Source of the DNA: Octopus vulgaris
Taxonomy: Eukaryota
NCBI GenBank assembly: GCA_951406725.2
Contig: OX597822.1
Span: forward strand, 58,032,001 to 58,096,000
Reading direction: 5' to 3'
DNA: 64,000 nt
Below the pieces are notes generated by a model, which saw nothing but the letters and a program-made list of their open reading frames with translations, did no database searches and was not told the DNA's origin. The position numbers and the translations under genes were made by a program. Shown piece after piece: positions 12,590-25,386 of this stretch (position 1 is the stretch's first letter; every line of letters starts with the position of its first letter).

Positions 12590-13062
12590 GTTTCAGAGGT
12601 ACCTGAAAATTTGAATGAGAAATTCAAAGGTATGTGAATTTCCTGATCAATTTCACAAAATTTCACAAGTTTTCAATATGTTCACTGCCTGTGACATGGC
12701 ACAGATCAAGTCAGTTGTCCAGCTCCTGCCAAACACTGCAGCATGTCTAGGGTAAGTCTCCAGTGCGGAAGTATTCTTTGCTTGAGTTCCGCTCAGCTTG
12801 TAAGAAGAGTGAAGACATAGACCAGTCCCTTCACCTAGTCCCAGAGAGAATAATCACAAGGTGTCAAGTCAGGTGAATGTGGCAGCCATTTCAACAGCAC
12901 ATTGTCTTCATCACCACCATACAGAAGAAGCATGCAACATTTGACCTAGAATTTTGAGTGGTTTCTACATGCAAACAGTTAAAATTTGAGATCATTTGAA
13001 TGAGAATTGGTCAAGTTAAGTTACAATATTATATCAATTTTTCTGAAACACACACCCATGTA
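12590..13062 (-). mobile_element. Tc1/mariner transposase relic
   Basis: Minus-strand translation at about 12820-12888 gives WLPHSPDLTPCDYSLWD*VKGLV (WPPRSPDLTPCDFFLWG motif). TIR-like end near 13040-13062. Confidence 0.75.
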
Positions 13063-13163
13063 CATATATATATATATATATATATACATACACACACACA
13101 CATATGCGCAGGTAATCATGAGTGAGTTTAAAACGGTGTATAGTAGACATGTATCTATGTATG

Positions 13164-13225
<62 letters not shown>

Positions 13226-13348
13226 TAATACTATATAATTAGGGTTCAGCAATGGCATCTTACTTTGGCAAAAAACTGTAGCATCTTATTTTGGCAACAT
13301 GTTATTACTTCTTAATTAATTAATTTCACCCTCTGTTATTACTATATA

Positions 13349-15583
13349 TCATCATCATCATTTAGTGTCCGCTTTCCATGCTAGCATGGGTTGGACGGTT
13401 CAACTGGGGTCTGTGAAGCCAGAAGGCTGCATCAGGCCCTGTCTGATCTGGCAGTGTTTCTACGGCTGGATGCCCTTCCTAATGCCAACCACTCTGTGAG
13501 TGTAGTGGGTGCCTTTTACGTGCCACCGGCATGGGGGCCAGGTGAGGCTGGCAACGGCCACGATTGGATGGTGCTTTTTATGTGCCACCGGCACGGGGGC
13601 CAGACAAGGCTGGCAACGGCCACGAACGGATGGTGCTTTTACATGCCACCGGCACGGGGGCCAGGTGAGGCTGGCAACGGCCACGAACGGATGGTGCTTT
13701 TACGTGCCACCAGCACGGAGGCCAGTCAGGGCGGCGCTGGCAATGGCCATGATCGGATGGTTCGCTTACTTGTCACTGGCACTGGTACCACAGCTGCAAT
13801 TTCCATTGATGTTGATCGACTTCGATTTTGGTTCTGCTTTCTGATATCAGATTTGATTTGGTTTGATTTTGATTTTGATTTTCACTTGCCTCAACGGGTC
13901 TTCACAAGTGGAGTTTTGTGTGCCAAGAAGGAAAGGTATGCAGGCCACAGGTTATGTTCTCACTAGTCTTGCCAAATCTTCTCACGCACAGCATACTTCC
14001 ATAGGTCTCGGTCTCTAGTCATTTCCTTGGTGAGACCTAAAGTTTGAAGGTCGTGCTTCACCACCTCGTCCCAGGTTTTCCTGGGTCTACCTCTTCAACA
14101 GGTTCCCTTAACTGCTAGAGTATGGCACTTTTGCACACAACTATCTTCAGCCATTCTCGTCACATGACCATACCAGCGCAAATGTCTCTCTTGCACACCA
14201 CAACCGATGCTTCTTAGGTCCAGCTTTTCTCTCAAGGTATTTACACTCTGTCAAGTATGAACACTGACATTACACATCCATCGGAGCATACTAGCTTCAT
14301 TTCTTGCGAGCTTACGCATATCCTCAGCAGTTACGGCCCATGTTTCACTGCCACGTAGCATGGCTGTTCATACACACGCATCATACAGTCTGCCTTTTAC
14401 TCTGAGCGAGAGGCCTTTTGTCACCAGCAGAGGTAAGAGCTCTCTAAACTTTGCCCAAGCTATTCTTACTCTAGCAGTTATACTTTCAGCACACCCGCCC
14501 CCGCTACTGACTTGGTCATCCAGGTAACGGAATCTATCAACTATTTCTAGTTTTTTTCCCTGGAATGTGGCAGAAGTTGGTCTCAGAGCATTTTCAGTGT
14601 TTATTGCTCCTGAGCATCTGCCACATACAAAAACTATCTTCCTAGTTAGCCTTCCTTTGACGTTGCTGCACCTCTTATGTGTCCATAGCTTACACTTGGT
14701 GCATCTTATAGAGTTTCTACCAACACCTTTTCTATAGATCGAGCAGGGCCATCTACCTGAAGGCGTTTGTGATTTGTCTACCTTCCTACTTATTAGGACT
14801 TTAGTTTTAGCTAGATTGACTCTAAGGCCCTTCGATTCTAATCCTTGCTTCCACACCTGAAACTTCTCCTCCTGTTCTGATAGTGACTCAGCAATTAGAG
14901 CAAGGTCATCAGCATAGAGGAGCTCCTAGGGGCATCATGTCTTGAATTCCTCCGTTATTGCCTGGAGAACTATGATAAATAGTAGGGGGTCGAGGACTAA
15001 GCCTTGGTGGACCCCTACCTCTACCCGGAATTCTTCACTGTACTCATTGCCAACCCTCACCTTACTATCAGCATCCCTGTACATGGCTTGCACAGCTCTC
15101 ACCAACCATTCATCTATCCCTAGTTTCCTCATTGACCACCAGATAAGGGATCGGGGGACCCTGTCGAAGGCTTTCTCCATGTCAACAAAAGCCAGGTACA
15201 GGGGCTTATCTTTGGTTAGGTATTTCTCCTGCAGCTGCCTTACCAAGAATATAGCATCAGTGGTACTTTTCCCTGGCATGAACCCAAACTTCATCTCATC
15301 TAAACTAACTCTCTCTCTAATTAGTTGGGCTATGACCCTCTCCGTAACCTTCATTACCTGATCCAACAGCTTGATACCTCTGTAATTATTTGTATCTAGG
15401 GCATCACCTTTACCTTTGTAGCAGTTGACTATTATGCTGCTACACCAGTCATTGGGTATGACTCCTTCGTGTATCACCTGATTAACTATACGGGTGACTA
15501 GGCTATAGCCGACACTACCAGATATTTTGAGCATCTCTGCAGTGATTCCTGATGGGCCTGGGGCTTTCCCTGTCTTCATGCTT
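13349..15583 (-). mobile_element. RTE-clade LINE, 5'-truncated
   Basis: RT ORF pieces 14935-15579 (KAPGPSGI, YKGKGD, YRGIKLL, FGFMPGKSTTDAIF, FVDMEKAFDRVP, GVHQG) and 14368-14856, with YADDL between them. 3' UTR has tandem repeats and a (GAT)n tail. Confidence 0.95.
13519..13760. repeat. About 58-bp tandem repeat (4 units) in the RTE 3' UTR
   Basis: Repeated gtgccaccggcacgggggccag...gctggcaacggccacga.cggatggtgctttt. Confidence 0.85.
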
Positions 15584-15861
15584 CTAGCCTTATTTCAATA
15601 TGGATATGGGAATATGCTTGAGAAATGCATAAACATTACAAATTCCAGTTTCGTCTATTTGATGCAGGAACCTCTGTGTGAATGCTTCACTGCTGAGAAA
15701 TTGCAGCCAAATTTTCCCTCCAATTACACCCTATCATTTTGAAAAGAGAACAGACACATTAGTCAACATAGTCCTAGATACACATAGCTTAAGAAGGGGA
15801 TGCAATGGTCATGACTGGAATGTTAAGCAACAGTAACAACAGCAACAACAACAACAGCAGT

Positions 15862-16338
15862 GGAGGCACAATGGCCCAGTGGTTAGGGCAGCAGACTCAC
15901 AGTCATAAGAACGCAGTTTTGATTCCCAGACCGGGCATTGTGAGTGTTTATTGAGCAAAAACACCTAAGCTCCATGAGGCTCCAGTGGGGGTGGTGGTGA
16001 ACCCCGCTGTACTCTTTCACCACAACTTTCTCTCACTCTTTCTTCCTACTTCTGTCACAAAGCAGAAGAACCATGGTGTAACCCACTATGGTGTGGTAAA
16101 CTTTCAGACCCTAGTCTAGATTGCAAATCCTCTGTACCCCAGGATGGTTCAGCTCTCCACCCGTTAAAAGCCACCGTTTATGGAATGAGGATAACAATGT
16201 AGCTTTCACGCCCATGCAACCGCCAGTTGATCATGTGTGGTGGGTGGATCTTCAAATTGACACAAGCATTCTTTGTAGCTTAGAGTAGGCTCAAATTAGA
16301 GATCATTCTTTGTGGCTAATGACGTGTGTCCTGATTGG
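15862..16338 (+). mobile_element. tRNA-derived SINE (family C) with (GAA)n tail
   Basis: Head ggaggcacaatggcccagtggttagggcag...ttgattccc (A/B boxes); ends in gaagaagaag. Confidence 0.7.
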
Positions 16339-17075
16339 AAGAAGAAGAAGAAGAAGACAACAACAGCAGCACCAATAGCAACAATAACAACAACAAGAGC
16401 AGCAGCAGTAACAATAACAGCAACAACATGAATCTACATGCCAATACAAGAACTTACATATTGTTGGCTTACCCAAACAGCATGTTTCAGCTTGTCAAAT
16501 AGTTTTGATATATTTGTAACTTTTATAGTTACATATAACAAGTATTCATTGATTTTATTAGTGTTTAATATAATTCCAGAATTTCACTTCTGACACACCA
16601 TTGAATGAGGGAAGAACAGGATGATAAATCTTCTGCATGGTTGGCTAACTTACTGGAAATAGTAGCCAACTTTTCCTCAGATTACACTTGACCTTTGTGT
16701 CTTAAATAAGGAAAAGGCACATCAGATAATGTAGTCTCCTGTATGGCATTAAATTAAAAAAAACAAAACAGGCTGACTATAGCTGAAATACTTTTTCTCA
16801 TATGTTGGTTCAGCAAACAGCACCACAACCACCTTCATCATCATCATCAACAACAACAATACATTGAAGTTGTAGAAATCCCTCAAGAGAACAGCTGGCA
16901 TATAAATAAATCATTGGGGGTATTAATTGTTTCAAATTTTGCCACAAGGCTATCATTTCTAGGGGAGGTGGTAAGTCAATTACACTGACCCCAGTGCTCA
17001 AATAGCAGTGTTGACCTTAGCAGAATTTGAACTCAGAACATAGAGTTGGATGAAATGTTACTCAGTATTTTGTTT

Positions 17076-17197
17076 GACTCACTAATGATTCTGCTGACTC
17101 GCTAATGATTTTGCCAACTTGCTAATGACTCTTCCAACTCACTAGTGATTCTGCTGACTTACTTATGACTCTGCAGACTCATTAATGATTTGGCCAG
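17076..17197. repeat. 20-bp minisatellite (about 6 units) derived from a family B SINE head
   Basis: Units such as gactcactaatgattctgct and gactcgctaatgattttgcc lie inside a minus-strand SINE (about 16925-17200). Confidence 0.8.
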
Positions 17198-18624
17198 CTT
17201 TCCACCTTTCACTGGGGTATTAATTAATAAAATGCAGTGAACATCCAATTTTCTAAATAATTTTAATCTAACACAATTAATTAGAAATTATTATGTGTCG
17301 ATTTATTTTTTGCGAATAAGCAAGTTTTTTGTTTCAATTAGTGCATGATACTATTAAGGGTGAAATTTTGATTAATTATAACTTATCTTACGATACTGAG
17401 TATGCTAGCACCAACTTTACTATTTATGCTGCAGGAATTCCTGGGTTTTTTTTTTAATGAGTCATTCTTCTAAATTATTACAGCAAACTATATTAGTGAT
17501 GAAGTTTAAATAAGATTAAAATATGTCCTGAGTTATCTGTTAGATATCAGAATCACTTCTTACTGCATTCTATTTTTTTCTTGTTTTAAGCTTTAAACTC
17601 CAGCCATGCTGGGGCTCTGCCTTAAACAAACTGACCCCAATACTTATAATTTTTTTAAAAGTCTGGGACTTATTCTATTGGTCTCCTTTGCTAAAATGCT
17701 ATGTTACAGGGGCATAAACAAACCAACACCAGTTGTCAAGCAGTGCATACACTCAAGTATTTGATCAACCTGGAGCTATATTTGAAGACACTTGCTCAAG
17801 GTACCACACAGTAGGACTGAACCTGAAACATTGTGTTCAGGAAGCAAACTCTTAATGTGTTCAGAAAGCAAACACAGCCATGCCTGCATCTATATTTAAT
17901 TAATATTAATTTCAGGGTTGTTTACCTTTCATTTTTTGTGTGTGTATGTGTGGTGGTGGAAGTGGAGGTGGCTTGAGATAGTGATTTAAATAATTATTCG
18001 CATCACTAAGAATTTAATTTTGGCAAATTAATTAAAATTTCTTAGCTCACTACACTATGTATACTAATATTCACTTTACAACATTGTACAGAGTGTAAAG
18101 TAACTCTTATCTCTACTTTGGTAAGTATAGGAAAATCTATATCTTACTGAGGATGCTGTATTAGATTAAAGCATATCTACATTGGTATTCCATACTTGCA
18201 CAAATGATTAAAATAACCCCAGCACCAGTCATTGCACAATTATTCTTTTCCTCACTGCATAAGTATTTCTAATTAGATTTTTAATATTCATTATACCAAA
18301 TATGTTAATATTCACTTAATTACTGGATTTTATGTAGGTAGTATCACTAATTAAATCTCAATGATTTATCTCTTAATAAAATACTCTTTAGTAAAAGAAT
18401 GAAGAATTCAGCAAGCAGTATTGTACCATATCTACTACATCTTATACTCCATGGAAAAAAGAGAGTGAATGTTTGTGTGAACTGGTGAAATGTTTAACTT
18501 GAATTTGACAGTATTGGAGATCAGTTTAAGCTGCCTATTAATGATTTAGTTATACAATTTAGACTATGATCTTTACCATAAACCTTTTCATGTGCTTTCT
18601 TCTTAATGCAATATGTTCTATTAA

Positions 18625-18843
18625 CCCTTTTGTTACCAACCTGGCTGAAACCAGCTCTGGCTCTGAGTACAAATGTCTTGTTTTCATAAGTTTTGAATTA
18701 AAATCTTCCACCAAACCCTAGTCACAATTTATGTTCTTAACACTAGCTGAATGATAACTAAGTTATTTTACTAAATTTTTGTTATATTTAAAGTAACTGA
18801 AAGAAACACGGAGCATCTCAGAATAAATACAGTAATGAAAGGG
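18625..18843. mobile_element. piggyBac-type MITE
   Basis: TTAA|CCCTTT...AAAGGG|TTAA. Confidence 0.88.
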
Positions 18844-19182
18844 TTAAGTTCTATTTAACTGCAGAAGTTTGGTGAAATTCTGATTCACATCAATTCTACC
18901 TTTGTATTAATTCTTGCTTTCTAAAGTTGATCAAAGGTTTCCTTATAATGGGGAGATCTTTGTGGTTAATGGTCAGCTTGCACATTTGTAGGTCAAATGT
19001 AACCAAGAATATTAGTGATGGTCAGTATTCTTAGTTGTAGTCTTTGCTAGCATCACTATTATTTTCATTATCATCATTAACAAGATAGTTTTTATATTGA
19101 TTTTTTAGGGTGGGAAAAGAATGAGACAATTGGATGCAATTGTTTGGACACAGGTAATTTGGCATGGTTGACCGAACATTAA

Positions 19183-19401
19183 CCCTTTCATTACTGTATT
19201 TATTTTGAGATGCTCTGTGTTCTTTCAATTACTTTAAATATAACAAAGAATTTAGTAAAATAACTTAGCTATCATTCAGCTAGTGTTAGGAACATAAATT
19301 GTGACTAAGGTTTGGTGGAAGATTTTAATTCAAAACTTATGGAAACTAAACATTTGTACTTAGAGCCAGAGCTGGTTTCAGGCGGGTTGGTAATGAAAGG
19401 G
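19183..19401. mobile_element. piggyBac-type MITE, inverted copy of 18625-18843
   Basis: TTAA|CCCTTT...AAAGGG|TTAA; the internal sequence is the reverse complement of the first copy. Confidence 0.88.
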
Positions 19402-19849
19402 TTAAATCTGTTTTAGTGACAGTACTTATTGGTACTGGAGGCAAATACACACACATACACATGCACATGTAGAGATATGCACATAGAGATTAAATGAGAG
19501 AGACACACAACAATTTATTGATATAAGCACATTCCTTCTTCTCATATACATAAAGAGAAATATGCTGAGACATGTAAACCGAGAGAGTAAGGGAGAGGGA
19601 AAGAACAAGAGAAGCATTAAAATGTCTGGTGTGAAGTCAGTGTTGAATCAGGGATGTCAAATAGTTGATGCCCAAATAGCTGAGCCTAAAAAGTTTCATA
19701 CCTGTTTTATCATATTAGTATGGGTTATATGAAACTTCTTGAAGCAGTATTCAACAGCTGGACGCCCTTTCTAATGTCAACCTTGTGTTTAGATAAAGTA
19801 CTTTACATGTTGAACCACTGAACTGACAGACTTTTTACTTATGTGGCAC

Positions 19850-22800
19850 ATAAACAATGTTACAGCTGTCTGTGTCAATGTAACAAGAAACACTCAGACA
19901 TTCACTCTCTCTCTCTCACACACACAGAATATTTTTGCCGTTTGGTTCAATTCAGTCAACTGTGCTTTTCCCAAAATTTTGGCTTTGTGCCAATGTTGTT
20001 ACAGTTGCCATCAAAACTGAAGCTTCTCAAGACATCATCATGGCATCTATTGTTGATAGCAATCACAGTCTTTGTTTTTTCTCTGGCTACAAATATCATT
20101 CTTGTTGAAATTGTCCTACTCATAGTCAAGTGCTGACAAATAAGGCTAAGGAAGCATATATATCAATTTTAGCTCATCCTAGTATATCAACTGTCATTAA
20201 TCCAAGACATTTTTGTTTACCACAATATACTGTTCTGTTACCTATATATAACAGCTGACTGTCTCATTAAATTTCTGACAGAAAATTTGTAAAGCTCTGA
20301 TAAAAATTGGAAATTCAGAGTCTTTTATCAACAAAATTACCATCAATGAACACTTTCTTATTACACATCGTTTTTCCAAGAGCATGTCCCCGACTGTCTC
20401 TTCCCTAACTACTTGTATCCTTGGTTACTGACTGAAAAACTCCACACTTCAAGGAACTCGTTATCAAATGATAAAAATGTCAATTATACTAAATCTTGCG
20501 TGAAAAGATCATCATTGGAAGAGACTTTGTTCAACAATATCAGTCTGTCACTATCAAGTTTGGTAGGACTAAGCTACCTGTCACTAAACTTGTGAACCTT
20601 ACCTCACAGTTGACTGCAAAACAATGGCTACACCACTATGAAGATTTAATAAGAGAGATAAAATGTTCATCCTAGGAAAAATAGTAAATTTCCTGAAAGA
20701 ACATTTAATGAAACTGAGCAGCTCATCAGAGTGAGATCAAATAGTTGACTCCACAAATGGGCTTTTAAGGACCTATGGTAAACTATGGTCAACTTTTACA
20801 AAATATCAAGTAATTCCTCAACTGGATGCTTACCCTTTGTTACAGATAAATGAATTGGTGTGTAAACACTTTTTCACTACAGAATATTTGGTACTCTGGT
20901 TCTGAAGAGTGTATACCATCAAATTGGTATTCTGAAAGACGATAAAACTCTACAGCCTTCAAATCCTATGGCAAACTCTATAAATTCTGTCAGATTGCAT
21001 CTGACTTAACACAATATCTTACAATTTCAATGAATTGTGGACAACTTCAGAAGGAACAACAATTTGGTAGATAGAATACATTTGCCTATTTGTACAATAT
21101 TCAAGTCACATGCTGAACATAACATCAATCTTATTTTCTTGGAAGTTTCTAAGGAATTTCATCCTGCTTTCAACAAGCTGAAATTCAACTTTTTCAGTAT
21201 ATCACCTGACTATATTACATGAATCAGTTACACCTGAACGACTAAAATCTCTGCAAAACATTGCTCTTCTGTATGGTACGACCTCCCTTCATTAGCTAAA
21301 CACAGTGTACTGTTACTACTCCCAATGAATTCCTCAAAGGATCATTTCATGAACTGTTATTTCTGCAACGTTAATGTATGTGGGTTTACTGTAAAGACCA
21401 AGCATAAGATTGTGTATCCCAAATTGGAATCATGATGATCCTCCTATTCCAATACCACCAGAAAATGGCCTTCAGATGTCTGATGAAGATGTATTTCCTG
21501 AAGATGTATTTCCTGAAGAAAATACTACTGATGTGGAAGACACCGAAGTGGATGCAGACTTCACAACTGAAAATGAAGATGTACCACAGAAATTTTCTCA
21601 AGGAGAGTTAAATGATTTAGTTAGAAGCTTGTCATTGTTGAAGGATAAAGCTGAACTATTAGCATCTCGCCTACAAGAGAAATGCTTAAGAAAGATGTTT
21701 GTATTACTCATTTCAGGAAGAGACACAGGGATCTGACTGCATGCTTCTCTGTTGATGGACCACTTTGTTTCAGTAATAACGCTGATAAGTTATTTTGCTG
21801 TTTGTTCCAAGAACATGGTCCAACTGAATGGCGATTATTCATTGATTCATCTAAGAGAAGCCTCACGGCAGTACTACTACACATTGGCAATAAGAAACCA
21901 TCCATTCTCATAGGACATTCAATGCACATGAAGGAGTGTTATGAAACATGCAAGTACTCCTCAATGCCCTAAAGTATACAAACTACAGCTGGAAAATATG
22001 TGGAGACTTGAAGGTGATTGGAATGTTGATGGGAATGCAATCTAGGTTCATGAAATATTTTTGCCTTTTACACCTATGGGACAGTCATGCAACTACCAAG
22101 CATTATGTGCAATCAAAATGGCCTTTGCGAAAATCATATAAGCCAGGAATTTCTAGTATCCAAAATAATCCCCTTTTAAACCCAGAATAAGTTCTTCTTC
22201 CCCAAGAAAGCTTGGCCTCATGAAACAATTCATGAAGACACTTGCTAGGAAAAGCTCAAAAGGTTTTGAATATGTGAAGGCTAAATTTCCAAAAATCACA
22301 AAGGCAAAACTGAAGGAGGGCGTATTCATAAGTCCGCAGATAAAAGAACTGAAGGACAACCACTTCCTCACAGCACTGGATGAGATTGAGCTTAAAGCCT
22401 GGGAATCCTTCAAATGGCTCTGTGAAAATATCCTAGGCAACAAGAGATCTCTAGAGTTTAGAAATGGAGTGAAATGTCTTCTAGACTCCTACACTGTAAT
22501 GGTCTGTCGGATGTCACTAAAAGTCCATTTCCTTGATTCACATCTGGACTTTTTTGCAGAGAACCTTGGAGCTGTCTGATGAGCAAGGGGAACGTTTTCA
22601 TCAAGATATTGTATTGATGGAACAACAGTATCAAGGATTTTGGAATGCAGGAATGTTAGCTGACTGCTGTTGGAAGTTATACAGGAATGAACCTGAGACA
22701 AAATACCATAGAAAGCCCAAATCCCAAAGATTTTAAGTTGTTATGCAAATAAGAGTATTCTAACTTATTTGTACACAATAATTTTAATTTTGTACAATAA

Positions 22801-23700
22801 CAAACCATGAAATTATCATATCTTGTACTCAATATACTTTATATAGACATGCTTTACATATCCTATAAGTTAAAACAGCAGGTATCAATAACATGAAAAT
22901 GTGACCTGATAGAGGAAATCGAACTTCAGATTCGTAATCAGCATCAAAAATTAACCCAGAAAAGTCAATCATCAACTCTGATGATTAAAAAAAGTTTAAT
23001 TTTGTTGACCAGTGTTATTGGAATTAAAGTGTACTGGATCTTAGAATCCCTAGTATTGCATCAAAATTAAATGCCTGGTCCTTCATAAATGTTGAAGGTA
23101 GTATAGTACTACAGTAACAGTAAAATAACCTCTCAGAATGTGGGGCCTTTAGTCATGCTACTTAGTCCAGCAGTGTGAATGTTACTAGACAGTTATAAAG
23201 GGAGTGACTATTGCTTTATAACTTATAATTTGCACCTAACACAGAGATATTCTTCCCGATGTACTGCTATTATTATACACAACTATCAATTCAGTACCAC
23301 ATAAAGTCTCCTCAGTTATGCACATAGATTTTTAAAATCATCGTTCCCTTCTAGGTTGGTTAAAGCTAACATATTCCACTTGTTGGCGAAGTGGAATTTC
23401 TGGAGGTTAACCTTCAATATTCTCACCTGTGACTATGGTCTTGAAAATATCGTAAATACTCGTTCCAGTCAGTTGGTAGTTGGTGTTAGTGAGTTGTGAA
23501 GAGAATAGGTACAGGAGGAGCTGTATGGTCATTAAATTGATATGTCAGTTAGATCAAATGAGGAAGCTGTTCATGATAGCCTATTTAACGATGATAGAGC
23601 TCTTATCATTCTCCCAAGTTGATGGCAAAACTACATACATTTAATTTAAAAAAGACTGACATTCATACTGTATTCTTCTAACGCTGGAGAAGGTGATAAG
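19850..23700 (+). mobile_element. Degraded Gypsy LTR retrotransposon relic, interrupted by a DNA transposon
   Basis: RT-like LDAYPL (about 20822) and FGTLVLKSVYHQIGI...GKLYKFCQI (about 20887-21000). C-terminal PLVGEVEFLEVNLQYSH at about 23376-23427. Boundaries approximate. Confidence 0.65.
21330..23014 (+). mobile_element. Chapaev3-type (CMC) DNA transposon relic
   Basis: Frameshifted transposase: KDHFMNCYFC, LNDLVRSLSL..KAELLASRL, WRLFIDSSKRSL, WKICGDLKV, KLGLMKQF, FPKITKAKLKEGVF, MSLKVHFLDSHLDFF, SDEQGERFHQDI. Right end ttttgttgaccagtg|TTA. Confidence 0.85.
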
Positions 23701-24000
23701 TATTTATTTTCTTTTACATATTATGTAATTTTTTACTTTTTTTTTTTGCTTGTTTCAGTCATTAGTCTGTGACCTTGCTGGTGCGGCGCCTCAAAGGGTT
23801 TTAGTCGAACGAATTGACATTAGTATTTATGTTGTTTTTTTTTAAGTTGGGTACTTACTCCATCAGTCGCTTTTGCGAACCGCTAGATTATATCAGAGTA
23901 AACAAACCAGTACCAGTTGTCAAGCAATGTATGTGTGTGTGGAGGGGTTCACACGCACACACATCACTCACAAGGCATTGGTCGGTGTAGGGTTGTAGTA

Positions 24001-24188
24001 CGATGAGATACTGAAAAGTTCCTGGCTTTAAGAGTGTCGCGAAAGGTCTGGTTGGGGGCCCAACCTTCCGCATTCTTTTACAGGGCTTAGAAAAACTGAA
24101 GGATCGCTGCAATAAGTGTGTGAATCTGAGAGGGGAATATATGGAATAAAATCATAATTAACTGATCCTCCTTTTCAGCACGCCCTCG
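24001..24188. mobile_element. Mariner-type MITE inserted in a family A SINE (about 23745-24270)
   Basis: TA|cgatgagatactgaaaag...cttttcagcacgccctcg|TA. Confidence 0.75.
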
Positions 24189-24719
24189 TAGACGATGCCA
24201 CCCAGTCAGACTGAACTCAAAAGTATATGGTCGCAAAGCGTGCTTCTTAGGCACACAGCTATGCCTGCGATTTTATATTTTACACTGTTCGAGACAGTTG
24301 TTAAATAAAGCGATTTTCAGGAAATCCAGTTCATACTTTTTACTTCGTTCGTATATTTCTTCGCATATCCAGTGCTGAGTGATAGTAGATAGATTACCAC
24401 ACCACTATAGTTCGATAGGAATTCATTAGAAATGGCCTCAACGATCTACGTAGAAATCGTAGAGCGACTCCAATGTTCTGAGTTCTTATACCCCCCAAGA
24501 TCGATAAAATAAATACCAGGTAATGTAAGGAATATCGACTGCTTGAAAAGTAACCGATTCTCATACAAAACACACACTACCATCTTAAAAAGTAAGAACA
24601 AAACTGAATAGAATTTTAGATACATTGTTTCTGAAAAGAATTAGATAGGACAGTCATAGTTGGTACATATTTGGCCATAGTACTGAGCTGACGTTAAACA
24701 AGCAACCTCTCTTCGACGA

Positions 24720-25386
24720 ATCTCTGGCCCCTCTGCTTTGTGGTTGAATTATCGCCCCTGACAAGATGCGCGTGTGCGCCTCATAACACAACTGCACGTG
24801 TTTTTTCCTCCTATTTCGTTTATTTCATTCTTTCTCTCTTTTAAGCTCTTAATTTCTCCGTAACTTAAAAATATGTATTCCTTTTTCACTCCTTATTTTA
24901 AATTTTGCTAATATATATTTAACATTATTTAAAAAAAAGTTAGTGCTTTACGTGCGAAAGCTTATTGAAGTCGACAACTGTTGCTAAGAGTTTATTTTAT
25001 AGTATTACAGCATTTTGAGAAATGCATGAACATCACAACTTCCCATACAACAATAGGCTTCAAGTCGATGTTAAAAGAAGAAAGAAAAAAACAATTGTGT
25101 GTAAAGAAGTAAAAGGAGACAAATGAACAAATTATATCTAGGTTCACACACATATCTCTCCACCTGTGTTATCTCTACATGTGCATTTATCTACACATGC
25201 ACATTTTGTTTTTAAAAAAAGAGTGAAAGGAAAACATTAATAATAATAAATTTCAACCGACGGATACCGAAAAGATTTTTTTTTACTTGAAATTCTTTTT
25301 CTTTGATCTGTGGATTTTACCAAATTTTTGGATTACATAATTTCAAAGAACACGGATTTTACCATTTGCAATCACAGTTCCAACAG
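24720..25386 (+). promoter_or_regulatory. Putative promoter and long non-coding first exon
   Basis: CpG-containing unique sequence (gcgcgtgtgcgcc, E-box cacgtg), then repeat-free UTR-like sequence ending at CAG|GTAAAT (25387). Confidence 0.35.

Noticed and set aside
13391-13966. 191-aa ORF with internal repeats; superficially CRISPR-like array
   Set aside because: Antisense to the RTE 3' UTR tandem repeat; no unique spacers, no cas genes, eukaryotic context.
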